DNA of 64,000 nucleotides from Gammaproteobacteria bacterium. GTDB lineage: Bacteria > Pseudomonadota > Gammaproteobacteria > Steroidobacterales > Foliamicaceae. The translations under genes were made by a program, and so were the position numbers. The notes beneath the pieces were generated by a model. It did no database searches. It was not told the DNA's origin and saw nothing but the letters and a program-made list of their open reading frames with translations. This document shows positions 56,919 to 64,000 of this stretch, in pieces. Within the stretch, counting starts at the first letter, position 1; every line of letters begins with the position of its first letter. The stretch lies in contig JAPOTY010000020.1 of assembly GCA_026708965.1 (NCBI GenBank), positions 4,017 through 68,016 of the forward strand. Direction: 5' to 3'.

Positions 56919-58145
56919 ATGAGCAATTCACCCATCGTGCTGGCTTTTTCCGGCGGACTGGACACGTCGTTCTGCGTGCCTTGGCTGCGCGAAAAGCACC
57001 GCCGCCCGGTAGTGACTCTGACGGTCAACACCGGCGGAATCAATACAGCGGAGGCGGTCGCTCTTGAGCAGCGTGCCCTGGCGCTGGGCGCCGAGCAGCA
57101 TTTGCTGGTGGAGGCGCGCCCGCAGTTCTTCGACGAAGTGATCCGCCACCTGGTTGCCGGCAATGTGCGGCGGGGCCACAGCTATCCCCTGTGCGTGGGC
57201 GCCGAGCGCGGCATTCAGGCGCGGATCCTGGCACGCACCGCAAGCGAACTGGGCAGCGACACGGTGGCCCACGGCTGCACTGCGGCCGGCAACGATCAGT
57301 TCCGGTTCGAGATGGCCATGGGCGCGCTGGCGCCGGAAATCAAGGTGCTGGCGCCGGTTCGCGACGAATCGCTTCAACGCGCAACGCAACTGGAATACTT
57401 AAGGGAGCGCAACGCTCCGGAAATGCCGGCTGGCGGCGATTATTCGATTAATCGCGGCCTTTGGGGCGTGACCATCGGCGGTCGCGAGACGCTCACCTCG
57501 GCGGATTCGATCCCGGAATCCGCTTGGGTGCTGTCGTCGGGCGCGCTCGAAAAGCCGCCTGCCGAGGAGCCTCACGATCTGGATTTCGAGGCCGGCGTGC
57601 CGGTGCGCTGGAACGGCGAAGCCCTTGATCCGGTGGCGCTGATCGAGGCGGTGGAGGGCGCCGCGGCGCGCTTCGGAATCGGGCGGGGCATCCACTTGGG
57701 CGACACCATTCTCGGCGCCAAGGGCCGGGTGGCCTACGAGGCCCCGGCCGCGGAGGTTCTGCTGACCGCCCACCGCGAACTCGAAAAGCTCACATTGGGC
57801 GCCGGACAGTTGCGCGTGAAGGACACGCTGGCCGCCATCTATGGCGATCTCGTACATGAGGGCAAACAGCTGGATCCGGTATGCCGCGATATCGAGGCCT
57901 TCTTCGACAGCTCGCAGCAATGCGTGAGCGGGCGCGTCCGCCTCGTTCTGAGGCCCGCAAGCGTTTGGATACGGGGCGTGGAATCGGACTATTCCCTGCT
58001 TGCGGCCACGCGCGGCGTGTACGGCGAGGCCGCGGGGGAATGGACGCCGCGCGATGCGCTGGGAGCCGCCCGGGTGCTGGCGCTGCCCGGCCTTCTGCAC
58101 AGCCGGGTGGCGGCTTCAACCAGCAAGGATGGCGGCCATGCGTAG
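56919..58145 (+). CDS. argG: argininosuccinate synthase
   Basis: ATG 56919 (MSNSPIVLAFSGGLDTS...), with HGCTAAGNDQFRFE. Confidence 0.93.
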   Translation: MSNSPIVLAFSGGLDTSFCVPWLREKHRRPVVTLTVNTGGINTAEAVALEQRALALGAEQHLLVEARPQFFDEVIRHLVAGNVRRGHSYPLCVGAERGIQARILARTASELGSDTVAHGCTAAGNDQFRFEMAMGALAPEIKVLAPVRDESLQRATQLEYLRERNAPEMPAGGDYSINRGLWGVTIGGRETLTSADSIPESAWVLSSGALEKPPAEEPHDLDFEAGVPVRWNGEALDPVALIEAVEGAAARFGIGRGIHLGDTILGAKGRVAYEAPAAEVLLTAHRELEKLTLGAGQLRVKDTLAAIYGDLVHEGKQLDPVCRDIEAFFDSSQQCVSGRVRLVLRPASVWIRGVESDYSLLAATRGVYGEAAGEWTPRDALGAARVLALPGLLHSRVAASTSKDGGHA

Positions 58146-59199
58146 CGTGGTGGTCGATAAGCTCTCCTCGGTGGCGTCCGGGCTGGACCTGGGGCGCGAA
58201 ATCCGTGTGGGCGAAGAGATTCCCAGCGAGGAAGGCGTGCTCGTTGCGGTGGAAGTGCTCAACGACAAGTCGTCCTACAACCGGCTGGAGCTGGCCAGCG
58301 GCCGGATGGCCCGGGTGCGCAGCGGAGATATTGTGGTGGGCGCTCTGGGGCACAGGAAAGCCTTGTTTGGGTACGCGGGACATGTTCCGGAATCGGTCAA
58401 GCGCGGAGACGTGCTGCAGTTGCTCAATATTGGCGGCGTGCTGGGCGTGTGCGATTCGGTGAACGCCACCATGGGGCCGCCTTTCGATGTCCGGGTGCTG
58501 GGCGTGGTCTTGGAGTTCCCTTATCTGGGCGAACGCGTGGGCATACCGGCGAGGGTGGGCGGCGAGGCGCTGCCGCATGAAGATTCCGGCAGCCTCGACC
58601 TCGGCGGCGTGCCTGTGGTGACGCTGGCGGGCACCACCATGAACTCAGGAAAAACGGCGGCGGCCAGCGCGATCATCGGCCGCTTGCGGCATGAAGGCTA
58701 TGTGGTGGACGCATTCAAGGCCACCGGCGTGTCGTTGCGCCGCGACATCCTCGCGATGGAGGACGCGGGCGCGCGCAACACCGCGATTTTTACCGATTTT
58801 GGCGTGGTCAGCACCGCTTCGCATAATGCGCCAGGGCTGGTGCGGGCCATGCTGCGGCGGATGGCGGCCGCCGGGCCGGACCTGATCCTGTTTGAATTGG
58901 GCGACGGCATACTCGGGGCCTACGGTGTGGAGGCGATTTTGGCGGACGAAGGCATACGCTCGGCGATCACCTGCCTGCTGCTTTGCGCCAGCGATCCCGT
59001 TGCTGCCTGGGGCGGCGCCGTTCTTTTGAAGAAGGAGTACGGAATCGAATTAGCCGCCGTCACCGGCCCCGCCACCGACAACCAGGTAGGGATCGATATC
59101 CTGCGGCAGCGTGTCGGCGTGCCTGGCTACAACGCGATTACCCATAGCGCCGAATTGGGCCAGTTCGTGGCGCGCCGCCTGAATCTGTCACGATCATGA
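58138..59199 (+). CDS. uncharacterised protein with a DTBS/CobQ/DUF1611-like P-loop, embedded in the arg operon
   Basis: An ATG at 58138 (or 58129) overlaps the argG stop. Its TGA overlaps the argC ATG (ATGA at 59196-59199). The motif LAGTTMNSGKT has the GTxTxxGKT spacing of dethiobiotin-synthetase-type P-loops. It is preceded by an N-terminal region of about 170 aa (the first ~120 aa beta-rich-looking) and followed by LFELGDGILGAYG. Confidence 0.75.
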   Translation: MRSVVVDKLSSVASGLDLGREIRVGEEIPSEEGVLVAVEVLNDKSSYNRLELASGRMARVRSGDIVVGALGHRKALFGYAGHVPESVKRGDVLQLLNIGGVLGVCDSVNATMGPPFDVRVLGVVLEFPYLGERVGIPARVGGEALPHEDSGSLDLGGVPVVTLAGTTMNSGKTAAASAIIGRLRHEGYVVDAFKATGVSLRRDILAMEDAGARNTAIFTDFGVVSTASHNAPGLVRAMLRRMAAAGPDLILFELGDGILGAYGVEAILADEGIRSAITCLLLCASDPVAAWGGAVLLKKEYGIELAAVTGPATDNQVGIDILRQRVGVPGYNAITHSAELGQFVARRLNLSRS

Positions 59200-60245
59200 G
59201 TGTTCCTGCCGTCGTTTTGGGCGCTTCGGGATACGTGGCCGGCGAGCTTTTGCGCCTTCTTGCCGGCCATCCGGAGTTTCGGATCGCAGCGGCGTTTTCA
59301 CAGAGCAACGCCGGCGCCCCGGTGGAATCCGTGTTCCCCAACCTCACCGGCCTTTGGCCCGGCTTTCGCTTCGCTTCCCCGGTTGAACTTGAGGAAGCGC
59401 TACAGCAGCCATGCGCCGTTTTTTCCTGCGCGCCGCATGGGGCCAGCGCAGCGCTGGTGGCCAAGGTATTGAAACTGGCCGGAGGGCGCGATGCCGAGGT
59501 TCGGATCGTGGATGTGTCGGCCGACTTCCGCTACGCTGCCGCCAACGCCTACGAGCAGGTGTACGGCTCGGCGCATGGCGCTCCCGAGCTGCTGCCGATA
59601 TTTTCCTGCGCGCTTCCGGAGCATCGGGCCAAAGCGGACACGCCGCATATCGGGCACCCCGGATGTTTCGCCACCGCCTTGCTGCTCGCTTGCGTGCCGC
59701 TGATGCGATTCGGGCTCACCGACAGCCCGCTTTTCGCCAGCGGCGTGACCGGCAGCACCGGGGCTGGCAAGCAGCCTTTGGCAACCACTCATCATCCGAT
59801 TCGCCATTCCAACATGTTCGCTTACCGGCCGCTCAAGCACCGGCATGCTCCGGAAGTGGAAGAGGTTTGCGCGGCCGTGAGCGGGCAGCGCCCGCGATTG
59901 CGGTTTGTGCCGCATTCCGGGCCGTTTGCCCGCGGGATCCATCTCACGATGCAGGCCGCGCTGAAGCCTTCGCTGGGCGGGCGGCAGGTGAGAGAGGCTT
60001 TCGAGCAGAGCTACGCCGATGCGCCGTTTGTGCATGTGACGGAATCGCCGCCGCGGCTCAAGAATGTGACAGGCGGCAATCATGCGCATCTTTCGGTGTC
60101 GGTGGAAAACGGTTCCGTGGCGGTTTTCGTGGTGCTGGACAACTTGGTGAAAGGCGCCGCCGGCGGAGCAGTCCAATGGGCCAACCGCCTGTACGGATTC
60201 GATGAGACGGCCGGTTTGGCCGCGCCGGGCCCGGCATGGACATGA
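59196..60245 (+). CDS. argC: N-acyl-gamma-glutamyl-phosphate reductase
   Basis: VLGASGYVAGELLRLL and the catalytic Cys context GHPGCFATA. Confidence 0.93.
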   Translation: MSVPAVVLGASGYVAGELLRLLAGHPEFRIAAAFSQSNAGAPVESVFPNLTGLWPGFRFASPVELEEALQQPCAVFSCAPHGASAALVAKVLKLAGGRDAEVRIVDVSADFRYAAANAYEQVYGSAHGAPELLPIFSCALPEHRAKADTPHIGHPGCFATALLLACVPLMRFGLTDSPLFASGVTGSTGAGKQPLATTHHPIRHSNMFAYRPLKHRHAPEVEEVCAAVSGQRPRLRFVPHSGPFARGIHLTMQAALKPSLGGRQVREAFEQSYADAPFVHVTESPPRLKNVTGGNHAHLSVSVENGSVAVFVVLDNLVKGAAGGAVQWANRLYGFDETAGLAAPGPAWT

Positions 60246-61420
60246 CCGCGCCGCAGTCCGGCGGCAAGTCCCGGGATGCGCGGCATCTTGAAGCCGCGCA
60301 TCTGGCGCAGGTGTACTCCCAGTTTCCTTTCGAGGTGGTGGCCGGTGAAGGCGCTTACCTGATTTGCGCCAACGGCCGCCGGCTTCTGGACCTGTACGGC
60401 GGACACGCCGTCTGCGCTTTGGGATACGGCCATCCGCGCCTGCTGGCGGCCCTCAAGCGCCAGGCGGGCGAATTATTGTTCGCCAGCAACGCGATGGCCC
60501 TGCGGGTGCGCGCCCGGGCTGCCGAAAAGCTTGCCGGGTTTGCTCCTCGGGGATTGAACCAGGTGTTTTTCGTGAATTCGGGGGCCGAAGCCAATGAGAA
60601 CGCTCTGCGTCTGGCCTGCCGGCTTACGGGGCGCTCCCGCGTCGTTGCCCTGGAGCACGCGTTTCATGGACGCACGGCTGCCGCCGCCGCAGTCAGTTGG
60701 GGCGCCCGGGACCGCTGGTACGGCTTTCCGCAAACGCCGTTTGACGTGGCGTTTTCGCCGCGGGATGACGCTGCGGCCTTGGCGTCGTTGATCGACGCGA
60801 ATACGGCTGCCGTTATCCTGGAACCGATTCAGGGCCTAGGAGGCGCGTTTCCGGTTCGCAATGAGGTTCTGGCCGCCGCGCGCGAAGCCTGCGATGCCCA
60901 AGGCGCCTTCTTTATCGCCGATGAAGTGCAGTGCGGAATGGGTCGCAGCGGCCTGCCCTTCGCCGTTTCGCACGCCGGCGTGATGCCTGACATCATCACC
61001 ACCGCCAAGTCGCTGGGCGCCGGTTTCCCCTGTGCGGCGCTGCTGATGCGCGAGGACTGCGCCGCGCAGCTTGCAAAAGGCGATCTCGGCAGCACCTTCG
61101 GCGGCGGGCCGCTGGCCTGCGCCGCCATCGAAGCCGTGCTCGACGTGATGCGCGAGGAGCAGCTTCCTCAAAGGGCGGCGGAGCGCGAACGGCAGATACG
61201 CGCCACCTGCGCGACGGGTCCGGTGGAGGCCATACAGGGCCGGGGCCTGTTGCTGGGGCTGAAATGCAAGGACGGCGCGGTCGCTGTGCGCGACCAACTG
61301 CTTGATGCGGATATTCTCGCTGGTGCCAGCGCCTTGCCGGACTGGCTGCGTATCATGCCTCCGCTTAACCTTCACGAGAACGAGGCAGCCCGGTTAGCTG
61401 CCGCCCTTGGACCGCTTTGA
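60236..61420 (+). CDS. argD: acyl-ornithine aminotransferase (class III PLP aminotransferase)
   Basis: The start is at 60236 or 60242 (ATGA overlap with the argC stop). Blocks seen: GHAVCALGYGHP, DEVQCGMGRSG and TTAKSLGAGFP (PLP Lys). Confidence 0.9.
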   Translation: MDMTAPQSGGKSRDARHLEAAHLAQVYSQFPFEVVAGEGAYLICANGRRLLDLYGGHAVCALGYGHPRLLAALKRQAGELLFASNAMALRVRARAAEKLAGFAPRGLNQVFFVNSGAEANENALRLACRLTGRSRVVALEHAFHGRTAAAAAVSWGARDRWYGFPQTPFDVAFSPRDDAAALASLIDANTAAVILEPIQGLGGAFPVRNEVLAAAREACDAQGAFFIADEVQCGMGRSGLPFAVSHAGVMPDIITTAKSLGAGFPCAALLMREDCAAQLAKGDLGSTFGGGPLACAAIEAVLDVMREEQLPQRAAERERQIRATCATGPVEAIQGRGLLLGLKCKDGAVAVRDQLLDADILAGASALPDWLRIMPPLNLHENEAARLAAALGPL

Positions 61421-61454
61421 CGGCCCATGGCTTGCGCTTACCAGGAGCAGCCCA

Positions 61455-62471
61455 ATGAGTGACATCAATCGATTCGACGATCTGGCCGATTTCGCGGCCG
61501 ATCAGATATCGGCGCTGCTGGGCCTCTCGGCCCGACTTGAGCAGCACCCGGAGCCCGAGGCGCTGAAAGGCAAGGTTCTGTCGCTGCTTTTTCTCAATCC
61601 CTCGCTTCGAACGCTGGCATCATTTCAAGCGTCCATGACGCGGCTGGGCGGTGGCGCGTTCGTGATCTCTCCGGAGATGTCGATTCATGGCCTGGAGACC
61701 CGGCCGGGAATCGTGATGGACGGGGCGGCCGCAGAGCATGTCCGCGAGGCGGTTCCGGTTATCGCGTCGTATGGCGATGCCTTGGGACTGCGCGCATTCG
61801 CTGAGCGTCGCGACCTGGTGGAGGATCTGGAGGACCGGGAGTACCGGAATCTCGCCGAGCTGGTGTCCACGCCGCTGATCAACATGGAATCGGCGATCAA
61901 TCATCCCTGCCAGAGCCTGGCGGACTGGAAAACGCTCGATGACCTTGGCATTTCCGAACGCGGAGGCAAGTTCGTGCTCAGTTGGGCCTATCATCCGTCG
62001 GCCCTGCCTTTGGCGGTGCCGTCGGCCACCATGCAGATGGCGGCCATGCGGGGCATGGACGTGACCGTGCTGCGACCCGACGGCTTTGAACTGCCTCCTC
62101 TGGTGATGGACAAGGCGCGATTGCTTGCCGAGCGCTCCGGCGGCTCCATTAGGGAAACGGACGACCGGAGCGAGGCCATGGAGGGCGCCCATGTGCTCTA
62201 TGCCAAGTCTTGGAGCTCCACCCGCCACTATGGCGACAAGCATTCCGATTATCAGTTGCGCAACCGGCACGAGGACTGGTGCGTGGCTGAAGCTTGGTTT
62301 CAGCAGGCCGCAGCCGACTGCCGGTTTATGCACTGCCTGCCGGTTCGCCGCAACGTGGTGGTGAGCGAGGCGGTGCTGGATGGACCGCGCAGCGTGGTCG
62401 TGGCCGAGGCGCGCAACCGCATGTGGGTGCAGATGGCTGTTCTCTACGCCATGCTCGGGCCGGGGTTGTGA
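61455..62471 (+). CDS. argF': N-acyl-L-ornithine carbamoyltransferase (ArgF' type: acetyl- or succinyl-ornithine specific)
   Basis: ATG 61455 is preceded by aggag. FLNPSLRT, INMES..HPCQ, SWAYHP, YAKSW and HCLPVRRNV align ungapped over long stretches with my memory of Xanthomonas N-acetylornithine transcarbamylase rather than classical OTCase. Confidence 0.85.
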   Translation: MSDINRFDDLADFAADQISALLGLSARLEQHPEPEALKGKVLSLLFLNPSLRTLASFQASMTRLGGGAFVISPEMSIHGLETRPGIVMDGAAAEHVREAVPVIASYGDALGLRAFAERRDLVEDLEDREYRNLAELVSTPLINMESAINHPCQSLADWKTLDDLGISERGGKFVLSWAYHPSALPLAVPSATMQMAAMRGMDVTVLRPDGFELPPLVMDKARLLAERSGGSIRETDDRSEAMEGAHVLYAKSWSSTRHYGDKHSDYQLRNRHEDWCVAEAWFQQAAADCRFMHCLPVRRNVVVSEAVLDGPRSVVVAEARNRMWVQMAVLYAMLGPGL

Positions 62472-62491
62472 ACCGCAAGCGGCCGAGCGGC

Positions 62492-63406
62492 ATGGGATTC
62501 GGCGCGCTGCGGGCCGCCGCGCCGTATCTGCGCCTGTACAAGGACCGCGTCTTCGTGGTCAAGCTCGGCGGGGAGGTGCTGAGCCGGACCAGCCGCATAG
62601 AGGCGCTGGTGGAGCAGGCAGCGGTGTTGCAGGCCCTTGGGGTTCGCGTGGTGATCGTACATGGCGGCGGGCCGCAATCGACGCAACTGACCAGCCGGCT
62701 GAAGCACTCCGCGCGCATGGTGGCTGGCCGCCGCGTGACCGGTTCCGAGGAACTTCAGGTGGCCAGTTATGTGCTCAACGGCGAGGTCAATACCCGTTTG
62801 CTTTCCGCCTGCCGGGCCTGCGGCGTGCCGGCCGTGGGCTTGTCCGGAGTCGATGCGGGTCTGGTGATGGCCCGCCGCCGCCCGCCGATGAAGGTGGAGG
62901 GCGCGGGCGAGGAGCCGGTGGATTTCGGTTTTGTGGGCGATATAGAGGAAGTGGATCCAGCGGTGCTGAAAATGCTGCTGAAGAAGCGCTTTCTGCCCAT
63001 CGTGAGCCCGCTCTCCGCCGACTCAAGAGGCGGGCTTCTCAATATCAATGCCGATACGGTGGCTGCGGCGGTGGCGACGGCGATTGGGGCCGAGAAACTG
63101 GTGCTCACCATGGCCGCGCCGGGCATTCTGTCCGACCGTGCGGATGCTTCCACGCTGTTGTCGCACTTGGACCTTGCCGGATTGCGGCAACTGCGCGCCG
63201 ATGGGGCGCTGGCCGATGGAATGCTGCCCAAGGCCGCCGCCATCGAAGCCGCGATCACGGGCGGCGTGCCGCGGGTCCACCTGGTTTCCGGCAGCACCGA
63301 AGACGCCCTGCTGCGCGAGGTGTTCACCAACGAGGGTTGCGGCACCTTGGTGGTTCGCAGCATCGATGCCCTGTCGGCTGCTGAGCAGGAGGCTGGGCGG
63401 CAATGA
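62492..63406 (+). CDS. argB: N-acylglutamate kinase (no fused GNAT domain)
   Basis: ATG 62492. Alternatively, GTG 62468 overlaps the argF' stop as GTGA. Blocks seen: VVKLGGEV, VIVHGGGPQ and NINADTVAAAVA. The protein of about 300 aa ends right after the kinase fold. Confidence 0.9.
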   Translation: MGFGALRAAAPYLRLYKDRVFVVKLGGEVLSRTSRIEALVEQAAVLQALGVRVVIVHGGGPQSTQLTSRLKHSARMVAGRRVTGSEELQVASYVLNGEVNTRLLSACRACGVPAVGLSGVDAGLVMARRRPPMKVEGAGEEPVDFGFVGDIEEVDPAVLKMLLKKRFLPIVSPLSADSRGGLLNINADTVAAAVATAIGAEKLVLTMAAPGILSDRADASTLLSHLDLAGLRQLRADGALADGMLPKAAAIEAAITGGVPRVHLVSGSTEDALLREVFTNEGCGTLVVRSIDALSAAEQEAGRQ

Positions 63407-64000
63407 CCCGGCTGTGGGACAAGGGCGTGGAGCTGGACGAGACGGTGCTGCGCTATACGGCAGGCGAAGACCATCGGCTGGACGGTCGGCTGGTGGCGCA
63501 CGATGTGCGGGCCTCGATTGCCCATGCCGGGATGCTGCGCGCGGCAGGCTATCTGTCGAGTCCGGATCATGCCGGAATCGTGCGCGGCCTTGAGGCATTG
63601 GCCAAGGAGCACGCCGCCGGCGAATGGACGATCTCCTTGGAAGAGGAAGATGTCCATACCGCGCTGGAGCAGCGCTTGGTGGCGCGTGTGGGCGAGGCCG
63701 GCAAGCGGGTGCATCTGGGACGCTCCCGCAACGATCAGGTGCTGGCGGCTCTGCGGCTGTATCTCAAGGATGCGGCCGGTGGCCTGCGGCAGGCTGCCGG
63801 GGCTGTGGCGGATGAACTGGATAATTTGGATGCGCGCGAGGGCGGCCTGCCTTTGCCCGGCTATACGCACATGCAGCAGGCCATGCCCAGCAGCGTGGGG
63901 CTTTGGGCCCGCGGCTTTGCCGGGGAACTGCGCGACGATGCGGCTGGCATGGGCGCGGCCATGCGCCGCCTGGACCGCAATCCGCTGGGCAGCGCCGCAG
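63403..64000 (+). CDS. argH: argininosuccinate lyase, 3' end beyond the window
   Basis: ATG 63403 overlaps the argB stop (ATGA). My own translation gives MTRLWDKGVELDETVLRYTAGEDHRLD...HLGRSRNDQV...GYTHMQQAMPS. The frame stays open to the window edge, so it is absent from the ORF track. Confidence 0.88.
   Translation, partial: MTRLWDKGVELDETVLRYTAGEDHRLDGRLVAHDVRASIAHAGMLRAAGYLSSPDHAGIVRGLEALAKEHAAGEWTISLEEEDVHTALEQRLVARVGEAGKRVHLGRSRNDQVLAALRLYLKDAAGGLRQAAGAVADELDNLDAREGGLPLPGYTHMQQAMPSSVGLWARGFAGELRDDAAGMGAAMRRLDRNPLGSAA

Overview
GC-rich, proteobacterial-type chromosomal segment. I saw no rRNA, tRNA or CRISPR array. All calls come from reading the supplied translations and the DNA by eye; no database search was possible, so family names rest on remembered motifs.

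The backbone is housekeeping and catabolic. It holds hpaH/hpaI, two TonB-dependent receptors, ppk2, a yeiH-type exporter, an aapJQM-like amino-acid ABC system, ctaA/ctaB and htpX. It also holds a sugar-acid block (kdgK-like kinase, ManD-type dehydratase, aldehyde dehydrogenase), ilvD-ilvI-ilvH-ilvC, macAB plus an outer-membrane factor, mutM, ggt-coaD, rsmD and ftsEX. An eight-gene arginine cluster (argR-argG-X-argC-argD-argF'-argB-argH) runs off the 3' edge.

Several short, visibly lower-GC islets interrupt this backbone:
- 2147-5182: a restriction endonuclease candidate, an N6A methyltransferase and a HEPN-like gene in one operon.
- 11884-12982: a HigA-like HTH gene followed by a T5orf172/GIY-YIG-like gene, with no HigB.
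- 24173-27438: vsr, a C5 methyltransferase, a NotI-like endonuclease and an extra PD-(D/E)XK-like gene.
- 33219-34499: a solitary HNH_2-type nuclease with a large uncharacterised N-terminal region.
- 42698-44127: small Cys-rich and membrane ORFs around a transposase remnant.

The most interesting non-defence observations are:
- An uncharacterised DTBS/DUF1611-like P-loop gene is translationally coupled between argG and argC. The cluster shows no argA, argJ or argE, and its ArgF' may be succinyl-specific.
- A C9 homopolymer separates a perfect signal peptide from the body of a secreted-protein gene.
- Two related palindromic intergenic elements of about 100 bp are present.
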